64,000 bases of DNA, taken from IMG/VR virus record IMGVR_UViG_3300047548_000785, positions 3,700 to 67,699 of that record. One strand, written 5' to 3'. The position numbers and the translations under genes were made by a program. Each line of letters begins with the position of its first letter. Position 1 is the first letter of the stretch. Under the pieces are notes generated by a model. The model saw only the letters and a program-made list of their open reading frames with translations. It was not told the origin of the DNA and did not search any database. Positions 38,601 through 48,175 of the stretch are shown here, in pieces. Origin of the DNA: a virus.

Positions 38601-41292
38601 AAAACCTTTCGAAGATGCTATTCGTTTGGCACAGCAGTCTATTGAAGACTTACAGAGTGCACCTGGTGGTCTTGATGATTTGAGTGCTGAACTAGAACGT
38701 ATTGGTAACGAAGAAGCCGATATTAACAAGATTTACGAAGAAAGACAAAAAGCTCTTGATGAAATTGCTGCTGCCAATGAAGACATTATTGAACTACAAC
38801 GAGGCCAGCTAAGTGTTGCCGATGCACTTTCTCAGGGTGACATTGCTGCAGCAGCACGAGCTGCACAGGAATTGCGTGCTAAGCAAGCATCACAGTCAAT
38901 TTCTAAGCAGGGTGACCAACTTGAAAAGAGTCGTAGAGCTGAGATTGACAAGCTTACTGGTAAAAATGGTTTAAATAGAGAACAAATTGAAGAGCGTATT
39001 CGTAAAATTAAAGAACAGATTTTGGCAATTGAAGAAGATCAACTTGAACCAGCACAATATCAACTCACATTGCTTGAACGTCAAGAACAAAGCCAGATTG
39101 ATTCACTAACTGTTTTGGGTAAAACTAAAGAAGAGTGGATGAAAATTAAGAACAATATTGATCTTGCCAGAACTAGTAGCGATAAGTACAAGAAGGCTAT
39201 GAACGAGGCATTGGGTGTTGTACAAGATATTGTTACAGAATGGGGAGCTATTGATTCTAAGGAAGTTAAACTAGACTTTAAGTGGAACCCTCTTAATACC
39301 CCAGAGTCCACTATTGGTTCACAGGGTCCAGGGGCAGAACAAACTACCCCAGGAAGTTCGGGTAGTGCTGGAGATGGACCTCCAGTAGAACCAAACCTAG
39401 AAGAAGAATTAACTGGAGACGAACTATTCAGTATAGATAATTGGTTTGAGGATATTACCGAAAGTGGTTGGTGGAAGAGCCTTGTTGCTATTAAAGAAAC
39501 CATTGATGAACTTATTCTTAAACCACTTGGAGAAGGTTTTAAGGTTCTTTGGGAAAATATTTCAACCTGGTGGAACGAAACCGTAGTTCCAATCTGGAAT
39601 GACTTGGCTGAAGCCTTCTTTGCCTCACCAATCGGCCAATTTGTAACATGGTTTGATACAAATATTGTTCAGCCAATTATTGCACTAATAAAGCCATTGG
39701 TAGACTGGTTCTTTGCAGATGACAGTATTGAAAATAAAAAAGCTGACATTATGAGATTCCTCTATGACATACAGCTAAAATTCCTAGACTTTGGAATTAA
39801 GCTTGTAGACTCTATTATGCCAATTGCTCAAGGCTTTGACTTGCTATTTGGAACTAATCATGCCGAAAAGCTTGCAGGCTGGAAAGAGCAAGCAGTTTCT
39901 GATATGGATGAAGTTAAGAAGAAAATGGAAGAGCTTCCTATTGCAGGAGCAGGAGCTTTTGACAAACTTAAAGAAAACTTTGCAACCTTTGAGGCTTCAG
40001 CTGCAGGTGGTTTAGAATCTATCAAAGCTAACATTTCAAGCTTGCCTGCAGACACTCAGGCGGCCATTCTGGAGGAACTACCTAAAAACTTTGCTTCTGC
40101 TGCAGAGTGGGCAAATGTGGATATTGGATTAATTGAAGAAAAAATTAAAGGTTTGCCAATTGAAACACAAAATGCTATTAAAACTGAGCTACTAAATAAC
40201 TTTACAGAGTTTAGTAAGTTGGCAAACGAAGAACTTAAAATTACAGAGCAAGCTCTTAATAATTTGCCACAAGCAACAGAAGATGCAATTCGCAGTAAGT
40301 TACCAGCAAACTTTACTACATTTAGAGAACTAGCCAATACAGATATTCAGGCTGTTGTAAGTGCAATGAACTTAATGCCAGAAAGTACTAGAAATGCTAT
40401 TGCTCAGACACTACCTGCTAATTTTGCGGAAATGGCAAGCAAAGCAGGAGTAGATATTAGTGGTATTGAAACAGCAATTAGTGGAATTCCAGATAAGACT
40501 AAAACTGCTATAACCGTTGGTCTTCCACAAAACTTTAACACATTTAGAAATTCTGCTAACGGTGATGTGCTTTCGGTAAGTGAAGGCCTTAAGGGAATAC
40601 CAGCACAAACTAAGGCTCCATTAGAAGTAGATCTAGCAAAACAGTTTGCAGCTACATCAGCAAAAGCTCAAGCAGATATGTTGGGTGTGCAAAATAAGGT
40701 AAAAGAAATTCCAGGCAGCCTCAGCTCAAGCATGGCCAGTGTAGGTTCTAGTGGTGGAGCTGGTTTTAAAGGTGCCGTTAATAAAATTTTTGATGACATG
40801 AGAAACTTTTCTGTCATGGGCTTTAAACCATTTGCTGGATTACCAAGACTATATGCTAAGGGTGGTATTGTTCCGGGACGGGGAAACAAAGATACAGAGT
40901 CTGCACTTCTAACTCCTGGAGAGTTTGTTATTCGCAAAGACATTGTTTCTCGATATGGTAAAGAATTCTTTGATAACATTAACCGTGGTCAGCTGGCAAT
41001 GAGTCAGGTAACTGGAAACATGCCCACTAAAGCTCAAATTGATCAAGCTTTTAACAGGCAGATCGGTCTTGGTCAAATGCGAGGCCCAAAATTTGATACT
41101 AAAGATATTAAACCAGGAACAATTAAGGATGTTCAACCACAGAGAGCAATGAGCATGGATTCAGTGTATAATAATACATATAGCATTAATGTTAATGCTG
41201 GTGGAAATGCTAATCCTAATGATATTGCAAATGCAGTAATGAGAGAAATCAAGAGGGTAGACGACCAAAGAATTAGGGGAAATAGATTCTAA
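32632..41292 (+). CDS. Tape measure protein, 2886 aa
   Basis: Very long Ala/Gln/Lys-rich helical ORF after the chaperones; TP901-like core (GINASESANALKS); DTxxAxLTPGExVI motifs. Confidence 0.95.
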   Translation: MSDIESNININIDTSNALANLKALQRQISLFHTSMAKGGAATNAELARLQQNLINGINATGNFAASMQTVRTTTETFTNALEKNKLSMGEYFRYAGSQVGGFRRLFSSEFDTIEKVARERVKTLQTQYIKMGRDANGAMQAIAVRPLSLDMQNLGTQTAIAAQKQQIFNQLIKQGSTNLLNFGKNTQWAGRQLMVGFTIPLSIFGATAAREFMKIEEQTLKFQRVYGDMSTPIEETNKMADAIKNLSGEFTQYGIAVEKTMGLAADIAAMGEQGEDLLASVQETTRLSVLGGVEQQQALEAVTSLTNAFGVSTEQLSGKINFLNSVENQTITSIEDLTEAIPKAGPVVQQLGGDLEDLTFFLTAMREGGINASESANALKSGLASMINPTQEAKDMLMGLGINLEAIVNANRGNPSAFVVQFAQALDTLDPTDRARAIEQLFGKFQFARMSTLFQNVIAEGSQAQRVLGLTQATAEELAVLADREMKRISESPMYKFKKAWEDMKAALAPVGEQFLKAITPIIEFGTQILNKFNEMNDGAKSFVIILTTAVAGIGPVLLMTFGLIANGVANIIKAFAAMSNFFNRAGNSSQVLGEQTNYMTQQQLEAAAVAASLNQTHTQLTQTFTSEASAVKRLSAEYERAVAAQALMRGPIVSGGTTKRPKKYAKGVTMVPGNGNRDTEPAMLTPGEAVIPAPMVEKYGPLIEGMIAGSIPGYNGGTMSVGQAKDISGLYRAPSAIKAQTQKIVWDTLEAEIKAIEAAVKGAPGVTQSKINNLTQKQASHIAPDIQQMQAGGQNINVKNWKAGNLQADLGGINNYLNSLGENSKVLENFKSSHIDVAAKELGMSMAEVEKELDLLKKGIHPTTRSAGKVLQRVAATDPGYQGKAVSAAMGERLKGNYYETLAQRSYDPKKDEVVAKQVKTRIVKMQTLLNNAVSEGVNEAAQSKSPSQRAKKAGKNISDGTIIGINEGIDDAKRAGQRIGMAATSGMVSATGVAAGAQTVDENGNVIMAGGSQADQDDDKKKKPRSKFSKMAGKASAAGFIATGAVSAASMAGGPVGDIAGQLSGPLMAISSVGSLFTMMPPQIAAVVAAIALLVIAATALVDAFNKSRDAAIEQVKATQASKKSLQDFAEFSGKATAGEIRDKQREAQMATPGLGTGQNTFGASFLESDPGKAMAQSVQDALKKGGREAAQSDLTNQLANAVSSGVLTALEAKSIAANIAGELKDLDFGISVNGKLDELLGPNGENLKNDPINVRLKIQEQSRREMQKALNDLTLDGLIEDVDKVALGLSLTPFAPTQITGSIMLLVGQIERLGRVGGAAAAQMQTMFEVTQEQVDALELDYQKRIEIARAAGNITNAQELELELMQAKNKLIQEQSEATAELQMAYQSAGFMQQGAMTSGAIKSVEMAYKGTPEEELAKQAKDAIINQQGIGNSMEFILLGKLATKDISPVQFITLMEDFKDPQNLNKVLNTLVNLDAASADQVMYLMEQFGDNEEVKMKFNTMITTDANGKPLTAAETQEYIEQFANISQLQNVVDVKAVMTFYVENPEKFDQVQSKIDALNEMPDANFTAYANAVGLEELAGMNDLAAQFSSLPASESKDFVSNVLTIYETRGTPAFQKNLAAQNAAGFKGGKGTAMDFAIASATKSTNEAIRARNAAKTAKFNEEMAAYNESGGGGGGGGGGGEPIKVKTLDNILKKMRDLRSITTAVTDGWNASRNALDGMFGSGVAGFNGLQNQMRKLGAGEDLISLIAGMDPEEYERRKNELFNFDASGNITSFKQGLASIAAGLRAIALGEFNNKQEATIKSFNDQNVAIKKLVANGMSYADALKVVEDTELAAAIAREGNNETIKELIKNTEKATEATKALAAAQAVAGQNKDYVNQQKLLASLQENPLGLNSDAISAILEDSNLQTLYQDLLSNPSVDPQILEDALNNAMNKADTQLAIDKLTLPGMEKIFNDGFNKAMEAFSAQEEAITLEFNIKKKPFEDAIRLAQQSIEDLQSAPGGLDDLSAELERIGNEEADINKIYEERQKALDEIAAANEDIIELQRGQLSVADALSQGDIAAAARAAQELRAKQASQSISKQGDQLEKSRRAEIDKLTGKNGLNREQIEERIRKIKEQILAIEEDQLEPAQYQLTLLERQEQSQIDSLTVLGKTKEEWMKIKNNIDLARTSSDKYKKAMNEALGVVQDIVTEWGAIDSKEVKLDFKWNPLNTPESTIGSQGPGAEQTTPGSSGSAGDGPPVEPNLEEELTGDELFSIDNWFEDITESGWWKSLVAIKETIDELILKPLGEGFKVLWENISTWWNETVVPIWNDLAEAFFASPIGQFVTWFDTNIVQPIIALIKPLVDWFFADDSIENKKADIMRFLYDIQLKFLDFGIKLVDSIMPIAQGFDLLFGTNHAEKLAGWKEQAVSDMDEVKKKMEELPIAGAGAFDKLKENFATFEASAAGGLESIKANISSLPADTQAAILEELPKNFASAAEWANVDIGLIEEKIKGLPIETQNAIKTELLNNFTEFSKLANEELKITEQALNNLPQATEDAIRSKLPANFTTFRELANTDIQAVVSAMNLMPESTRNAIAQTLPANFAEMASKAGVDISGIETAISGIPDKTKTAITVGLPQNFNTFRNSANGDVLSVSEGLKGIPAQTKAPLEVDLAKQFAATSAKAQADMLGVQNKVKEIPGSLSSSMASVGSSGGAGFKGAVNKIFDDMRNFSVMGFKPFAGLPRLYAKGGIVPGRGNKDTESALLTPGEFVIRKDIVSRYGKEFFDNINRGQLAMSQVTGNMPTKAQIDQAFNRQIGLGQMRGPKFDTKDIKPGTIKDVQPQRAMSMDSVYNNTYSINVNAGGNANPNDIANAVMREIKRVDDQRIRGNRF
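40042..40707 (+). repeat. Six tandem 37-aa repeats in the tape measure
   Basis: (L/I/M)PxxTxxAIxxxLPxNFxxxxxxAxxD at an exact 111-nt period. Confidence 0.85.
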
Positions 41293-42698
41293 TGACAACA
41301 GTACCATACATGCAGGGTAGAAAAAAATACCAAAGACCGCAAGGTCTTTTGTTTGCAAACAATAGCGGTACTATTGTTACTAGTGGTGGTCAAAGTTTTT
41401 ATTTACCACTAGGTAATGAAGTTGGCCAAGATGAATATACTGGCGAGGGTAATGAGTTTATGCTTCTTACCGATGATAACCGTGGCTCAATTGATTTTAG
41501 CTCAACACGTATTGAAAAACGTGAAAGAACAATTAATGGCAGAATGCGTTCTTATCACGTCGCAGACAAACTTAAGATAAGCGTATCCTGGGATCTTATT
41601 CCATCACGGGCATTCTCTCAAAACCCCAACTTTGATAGTGATACTGGTAAAACATCTCTACGATCTAAGCCATTAAGAACAGGATATTTAGATCCACAGC
41701 GTACCGTAACTCTGACATACTCAAGCGATGAAAAGTATGTTAATGTCGGTGGATTGGAATATACATACCCAGACAAAGTTGTGACAATGCCAGACAAACT
41801 TGTATATTTACCAGGAGATATTGTCTGGGCAGACGAAGAAAGAACAATCGCTATCCGTATTCCTGGTCAAATCTATTGGGATGATCAGCTTGTTGTTAAA
41901 GCTAGAGAACAAGAGGGATCAATATTTTGGGAAGAGCAAGCAAAAGAAGAGCTAACAGTCCTTCCTGGTAATATTTATTTTGATGAACAAGTTAATACTA
42001 AGCTGGTTGCTGTTGAAAAACAAGTTTATTGGGCAGACGAAACAAAAACAACTAAGGTTGTTATTCCTGCTAGCGTAGAGCTTGCACAGGTTACAGAAAC
42101 AGTTCGTGTTAAAGAACCAGACCAGGTTGTTCTAGCAGAACAGGAAAGTCTTGAAAGAGTTAAAGAACCATCTACCGTTATTATATCTGGAGAAATTGAA
42201 CAGGTAAGAGTAGTTGAACCAGATGAAATTATTGTGCAAGAAGTTACGGTTCAAGTTAGACAAAGAGAAAACGAAAATCCTTATGTTTTACAGCCAGGAG
42301 ATACTGTTGTTGTAGAAGGAAAGACAATCACACTACCACAAACTAAGCAGTATGTGGCTCGAACAGCTACGCTTACAGACACCTTTACGGGTACTAGAGC
42401 AACAACACAAAAATCGCAACAGTATACTACAGATGGTGGAGCAGGTGGTGTTGAAATTTTGGATTGGTATGAGAGATACACTGGATCATTTTGGGTTTAC
42501 CTTTCCTACGACAAGTATAATAACTTTGATGTTTTATACTCTAACGGAGAATTAGATTTTGATTCGCGGTATAATAATATTGGTAAATATAATCAAGTTA
42601 TTGAAATGTTTTTTGCAGACTTTTCATACTCCGTGCAAAAACGTGGTGGTACCGACCATGATCTTTGGAACATTTCTTTAACACTGGAAGAGGCATAA
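41292..42698 (+). CDS. Tail-tip protein (distal-tail position) with internal 17-aa repeat insert
   Basis: First gene after the tape measure; RIEKRERTINGRMRSYHVADK and WNISLTLEEA segments flank a Val/Glu-rich repeat region. Confidence 0.75.
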   Translation: MTTVPYMQGRKKYQRPQGLLFANNSGTIVTSGGQSFYLPLGNEVGQDEYTGEGNEFMLLTDDNRGSIDFSSTRIEKRERTINGRMRSYHVADKLKISVSWDLIPSRAFSQNPNFDSDTGKTSLRSKPLRTGYLDPQRTVTLTYSSDEKYVNVGGLEYTYPDKVVTMPDKLVYLPGDIVWADEERTIAIRIPGQIYWDDQLVVKAREQEGSIFWEEQAKEELTVLPGNIYFDEQVNTKLVAVEKQVYWADETKTTKVVIPASVELAQVTETVRVKEPDQVVLAEQESLERVKEPSTVIISGEIEQVRVVEPDEIIVQEVTVQVRQRENENPYVLQPGDTVVVEGKTITLPQTKQYVARTATLTDTFTGTRATTQKSQQYTTDGGAGGVEILDWYERYTGSFWVYLSYDKYNNFDVLYSNGELDFDSRYNNIGKYNQVIEMFFADFSYSVQKRGGTDHDLWNISLTLEEA

Positions 42699-45600
42699 TG
42701 TTTAAAGATGAAACACTACAAGAACATCTAGAAACTTCTTCCACAATTAGAACACAGACTGCAGCTATTGCAGAGTGGAATTTAAACATTGCAGAAAATA
42801 TTTTGCAGGCTGGTAACTATAGATATCGACCAACCGATAGCACATCGCTATATCAAAATATTGCAGCCTCATTTGATGTTACCGATGAAAATAAGTTTTA
42901 CACTGGTGCTACAGACTCTGACATCACAATCGATGGCGGTCTTGATGATGATAACGAAACTCCAATTGCATTTGCCTCAAAACAACAAAAAGAGCAGATG
43001 TTGTATTCTCTTGAGTCCTGCTTTGATAGATTTCGACCTCGTTCAGGTATCAATAAAATAAGATTTTTCAAAAACAAATATACTCATTTTGAAAACATAG
43101 ACATGGCCCGTAGACCACGATATTATATATCTGATAAAACAGATAAGTTTAAATATTGGACTTCTTGGCGATACGAGGGTAGTGTTGAACGTGGTATTGC
43201 CAATAAAAAGGTCGGAGACGAATACTATATTGAAGATGCAGCTCCATATGTTGTTTACAAAGATATTATTCCGACAAATCGCATTGTTGTTAAAATGCAA
43301 ACTCACATTGGCGATGTACAATTGGGAAATAGTGGGGTATTTAGCAATAAAAAGGGCATCTTTAGTGATCCATTTTTTGGTGAAGAAAACAAAGCCACAC
43401 CAGTACGTTGGAGAATTCAGTATTTAGATGCAAATGATAACTGGACTACAGCAATTTCGTTTAATAGAAACTCTGTAAGACGAACTGGTTTGCCAATCAT
43501 TGGACCAGATGGCTATGTAGAAATCGGCTACGGTTTGATTATCCCAGAAGAATACCGCGAAATTTTTGCATATGCTGGCGAATATGCATCAGCAGATTTC
43601 TTGCCACCAGCGGAAAGTGTTTCAACTGGTACAGCATATTTAGTTTTACCAACCGTTAATGAATCTGGTGCAGGAACTTTTTATATTCAGCGTGGCGATG
43701 GTGTGTATGATACATTTTCTGCACAATATAGTTGGCAGGTTGAAGAAGAAACAATTAACAGTCAGACAAACTATGTTAACGATCTAACTTCACCAAACAG
43801 TTTTATTAATAGTGCAGACGGTGCAGTTCAGTATCGAGAGTTTCAGTATATTTGTGGACTACGTATTGTAGTAGAAACAATGAATGTGTTTGATTCATCT
43901 CTAGATTTAATTGAGCTATCTCCACGACTTGCCGTAGATCTTTCAGATAAGGTCACCAGCTTCTCACTGACAAAACATGCATCAGATCTAGGACAAAGTG
44001 GTATGCCTGTTGGACAACTATTAGCATCCACTGGAAGTTTAGAGTTATTTGACTATGACCAAGCATTTTTGCCAGAAAATACAAATAGTATTATTTCTTC
44101 CATTGTTACACAAAATCTACAAATTAAATTCTTTGAAATTATTGCTGGAGTAGAAGAAGTTACAGATACATATACCCGTATCTATGATTATTATGTACCA
44201 CTTAAAACAATGTACATTGACGGATTCCCCGAAAATTCTCTAACAGATCGTAGCGTACAGCTAAATCTTCGAGACCTATTCTTTTATTTCGAGTCAACAA
44301 CGGCACCTAAAATTGTAATTGAAAACGCATCACTTAGCTATGCTGTTTCATTGCTTCTAGATAGTGCAGGTTTTTCAAATTATGTGTTTAAGAGAGTGGC
44401 AAATGAAACAGATATGATTATTCCTCACTTCTATGTTGAACCAGATACCAGCATTGCCGAGGTATTATCAGACATAGCCGTATCAACACAATCAGCAATG
44501 TTCTTTGATGAATATAATAATCTAGTTGTTATGAGTAAGAACTATATGATGCCTACACCAGAACAAAGAGAAGAAGATCTTACGCTATACGGAACTAATG
44601 ATACTATTAATGAGGGTGTGCAAAAAAATAAGAGAAAGCAGCCCAAGCTAGCTAATATTATTGATGTTGCATCTCAAACAAATGAAGTTTATAATGATGG
44701 TGTATTAAACTACTCTACAAAATATATTCAAAAATCTTATAGTAGTATTCGTCAAGCAAATTTAATTGATCGAGATAAGACATGGATATATAAACCATCA
44801 TTGCTTTGGGAAGTATCACCATCTACAAATACTAAATCTGTTAATGAAGAACTTTCTAATCAATCAGCTTACTCTTTGAGTGCTATTCCACTTAACTCAA
44901 ACTTAACGAATGAACTACCTGTCGTTGTCAACCGTAAATTAAAAAATAATATTATTGACTTTGGCGAGGGTGTTTATTGGCTAAGTAGATACAATGGTTA
45001 TTTTTACGCCAACGGTGAAGTAATTAAGTATGACGCTGTTCAGTATAGTGTTTCTGGCCTAACAGCAGAAGAGATTGCTGAAAATGGCGGCAACAGGGTT
45101 TGGATTAACAGTGTTCAAGAGTACCAAAAGTATTTTGCCAAACTTCCATTCAATGGCAAGATTTATCCAACTGGTCTAGTTCGTATTTATGCCGAACCAA
45201 ATTATGAAACCATAAATGGAGTCACTTATCTAAAAAATGGTGCTGTAGCTAAGCATGGAAGAATGCAGTTTGGAACTGGGTTGAAGCTTGCATCTGGAAA
45301 AATTGTTCCAGTTTTCCATAATGCAGGACTATCACCATATTGGTCATCAGAAGCTGCACTCGGTGGTGTAAAGATGGATACTAAATATTTGTTTGGTCAA
45401 AATGTAGACACATCATTTTCTGGTATTTTTTCCGATACTATTTTAAGAGGAACGGTAGACATTAAGGGTAACCAAGAAGTTTTAGTTAATGCTACTATTA
45501 CTGGAAGTACGGGTAACCCAACAATTATTGAAAGTCAAAATCATGATCTTAATGTTAATGATCTAATTTACTTTACAACATCTGCCGATAATCTTCCAGA

Positions 45601-48175
45601 TAACATGCCAATTGGTAAGCCATATCTAGTCCATAGCATTGTAGATGTTAATAAATTTAAAATTAAAACGACAGACGGAACGCTTGTTCAACTAACAACT
45701 ACAGATTTAACAAATCAGTCTGGAACACACAGCTGGAGAACAGCAATTCCACAATCCAATTTAACTAGCGTCTCTGTTGCTGCTTCAAGTCCAGGAACCG
45801 ATGCCGCTAAGTTAACAAAAAATGCACACGGCCTGTTTTCTGGTCAGCCTGTTTATTTATCTGGCACAATGCCAACTGGTTTTACTTCTAACATTGTTTA
45901 TATAGTTGCAAGCACACCAACTGCTAATACCTTTACTTTAAAAAAGCTCGATGGAGATCCATTAACAGCATCCTCTACTGGCACCATTACTGTTACTCCG
46001 CTTAGATATCCTGCTGTCTTTAACCTAACCAAACACAGATTTATTAAAGATGAAAAGATTTATTTTACTAATGCCAATAAAGCAACGAGCATTAATGGTT
46101 TATATGGTGTTAATAACTATTATGTTTCAGGCACAGGACTTTCTGCCAATCGTTTTATGGTTTCTTCCAATATCAATGGAACCAGACTTATTCTTCCTAA
46201 CGACAATAATAGTGAAGCTAAGGTAAATGCCAATTTGCTTCAGTTTGAGGTAGACAGGCAATTAGTCCTACCCGACGTCACCAACTTGGCCAAGGGATTT
46301 TCTGTAGAAAAAATTTCTGGAACTGGAACTTTAGCTACTGGTACGGTTATTACCAGGGTAGATACAGACCGCAAAGTTATTGAAATTTCTCCGACAATTG
46401 TAAAGCGATTTAGTCCAGATAAAACAGATCCTGCAACTGGAGATCTTGTTATTAATGAAATTAGAGTTGTAGACCAGGTGCCTACGGTTGTTGGTTTTGC
46501 TGGGGTAGACTCAAACAAACAAAGAGCAAAAACAACTACACGTAATGGTATCATTAAAAACTTTATGAGCAGTGCATACATTGAAGATGGCAAGGCAAAC
46601 AGACTCCTTACAACTCAGTCTGGAACCATTCAGTCATCAGCACTTGTTCTAAATGGATCTAACACAGCTTCCTCTGAAACAGCACCAAAGTTTGTCACAT
46701 ATGTTTATAAAAAATTAGAAGATAGATTTAGACATTTTGGTACCAGAATGCGAATTATTGGTAAAATAAATAATAATGAAACTCGTGGACAATCTCCAGA
46801 AGGATCAAAAACTTACTATCAGGCAGCTGGTGACTCAGCAGAAAAGTCAACTGCAATTGGTGGAGCCTCTGGTGGTTTGGCAGTGCTTCTAAATCCACTA
46901 ACAAACAACGGATATTACTTTGAACTGATTGCTTTAACAGAAAACGATACTAGCTCCTATGAGGGAAGTAGTGGAATTCATAATATTGTTTTTTATAAAG
47001 TTAAGAGAAACGCTACAGCAACTTCAAATACAGCCGATGCCATACCAATTAAATTGTGGGGTGGTCTTGCCAGTATCATTACCGATGGTGGGCAGTTTAC
47101 TGGTCAACAAAGAATTGCAGCAGAAGAAAAAACAACCGTTTATGACTTGGCTGTTGAGTATGTCAAGGTTGGATCTTCTCTCAAGTTTTACCTATACGTA
47201 AACGATGTTTTGGTTGCGACTGTTATAGATGATAAGCCACTACCAATTGTTAACAATATGGCATTGTTTATTCGTGAATCTTCACGGGTTATGTTTGAAA
47301 ATGTGTATGCCCTAACAGAAAATTATAGTCAAAATACTGCATTCAAGGTCGGCTCTATTTCTGACTCAGTATTTGGCGACCTAGAAATTAATGCCACTAA
47401 TGCTTTCCGCAAATATTCAATGAGTGGTATGGTTCAGCAAGCATATCTATCTGGAATTAGTGGAAGTGAGCCACCCAAGTTTAATATTTATTTTGAAGAA
47501 TTTGGCACTATTATGAGGGAAGCTGCCTACTTTAATGTTCGTTACGATAAAGCTTATCCTGCACTATATGCCAAGCTAGCACCAACATTTAATCAGCTTA
47601 AGGGGTATGTTGTTTCTGGATTTGTCGCCAATGCTTACGGTGCTGAGTTCCTGATTTTTAACTCAACAGATAGTGCACTCAACCTAGACTCAACGAGTGG
47701 TAATTACTTGCGTATTCTTGGGGTAACGTTTACACAGCAATCAAATAATGAATTAACAGTAGATGAATATTTTGATAAACTATCTGATCTATCTAATCCT
47801 ACCTATACATCACCTACTACGGTTATTTCTCCACAAAAGGTTAGGGAACAATATTATGACATTAACTTTAGTAGAACAACGTATGGTCGCAAACAATTTA
47901 GCCTAACAACTAAATATCTACAAACACATGATGATGCAGAAGAAATGATGGGCTGGCTTGCGTCTAAGATTATGCAACCAAGGAAGTCTGTTGGTTTACG
48001 TGTATTTGCTATGCCAACACTACAACTTGGAGATATCATTAAAATTGATTATAAAAGTAATGAGGGCGTCGATCAAATTGCATCGCCAGATACTAGGTTT
48101 GTAGTTTATAGTATTGAGTATACTAAGAGTGTAGAAGGTCCATCTATGACTGTATATGTAAGTGAGGTGAAATAA
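42698..48175 (+). CDS. Large tail-tip/hub protein
   Basis: MFFDEYNNL and PTLQLGDIIKI hub-like motifs; ATG 42698 overlaps the previous stop (track start 42665). Confidence 0.8.
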   Translation: MFKDETLQEHLETSSTIRTQTAAIAEWNLNIAENILQAGNYRYRPTDSTSLYQNIAASFDVTDENKFYTGATDSDITIDGGLDDDNETPIAFASKQQKEQMLYSLESCFDRFRPRSGINKIRFFKNKYTHFENIDMARRPRYYISDKTDKFKYWTSWRYEGSVERGIANKKVGDEYYIEDAAPYVVYKDIIPTNRIVVKMQTHIGDVQLGNSGVFSNKKGIFSDPFFGEENKATPVRWRIQYLDANDNWTTAISFNRNSVRRTGLPIIGPDGYVEIGYGLIIPEEYREIFAYAGEYASADFLPPAESVSTGTAYLVLPTVNESGAGTFYIQRGDGVYDTFSAQYSWQVEEETINSQTNYVNDLTSPNSFINSADGAVQYREFQYICGLRIVVETMNVFDSSLDLIELSPRLAVDLSDKVTSFSLTKHASDLGQSGMPVGQLLASTGSLELFDYDQAFLPENTNSIISSIVTQNLQIKFFEIIAGVEEVTDTYTRIYDYYVPLKTMYIDGFPENSLTDRSVQLNLRDLFFYFESTTAPKIVIENASLSYAVSLLLDSAGFSNYVFKRVANETDMIIPHFYVEPDTSIAEVLSDIAVSTQSAMFFDEYNNLVVMSKNYMMPTPEQREEDLTLYGTNDTINEGVQKNKRKQPKLANIIDVASQTNEVYNDGVLNYSTKYIQKSYSSIRQANLIDRDKTWIYKPSLLWEVSPSTNTKSVNEELSNQSAYSLSAIPLNSNLTNELPVVVNRKLKNNIIDFGEGVYWLSRYNGYFYANGEVIKYDAVQYSVSGLTAEEIAENGGNRVWINSVQEYQKYFAKLPFNGKIYPTGLVRIYAEPNYETINGVTYLKNGAVAKHGRMQFGTGLKLASGKIVPVFHNAGLSPYWSSEAALGGVKMDTKYLFGQNVDTSFSGIFSDTILRGTVDIKGNQEVLVNATITGSTGNPTIIESQNHDLNVNDLIYFTTSADNLPDNMPIGKPYLVHSIVDVNKFKIKTTDGTLVQLTTTDLTNQSGTHSWRTAIPQSNLTSVSVAASSPGTDAAKLTKNAHGLFSGQPVYLSGTMPTGFTSNIVYIVASTPTANTFTLKKLDGDPLTASSTGTITVTPLRYPAVFNLTKHRFIKDEKIYFTNANKATSINGLYGVNNYYVSGTGLSANRFMVSSNINGTRLILPNDNNSEAKVNANLLQFEVDRQLVLPDVTNLAKGFSVEKISGTGTLATGTVITRVDTDRKVIEISPTIVKRFSPDKTDPATGDLVINEIRVVDQVPTVVGFAGVDSNKQRAKTTTRNGIIKNFMSSAYIEDGKANRLLTTQSGTIQSSALVLNGSNTASSETAPKFVTYVYKKLEDRFRHFGTRMRIIGKINNNETRGQSPEGSKTYYQAAGDSAEKSTAIGGASGGLAVLLNPLTNNGYYFELIALTENDTSSYEGSSGIHNIVFYKVKRNATATSNTADAIPIKLWGGLASIITDGGQFTGQQRIAAEEKTTVYDLAVEYVKVGSSLKFYLYVNDVLVATVIDDKPLPIVNNMALFIRESSRVMFENVYALTENYSQNTAFKVGSISDSVFGDLEINATNAFRKYSMSGMVQQAYLSGISGSEPPKFNIYFEEFGTIMREAAYFNVRYDKAYPALYAKLAPTFNQLKGYVVSGFVANAYGAEFLIFNSTDSALNLDSTSGNYLRILGVTFTQQSNNELTVDEYFDKLSDLSNPTYTSPTTVISPQKVREQYYDINFSRTTYGRKQFSLTTKYLQTHDDAEEMMGWLASKIMQPRKSVGLRVFAMPTLQLGDIIKIDYKSNEGVDQIASPDTRFVVYSIEYTKSVEGPSMTVYVSEVK

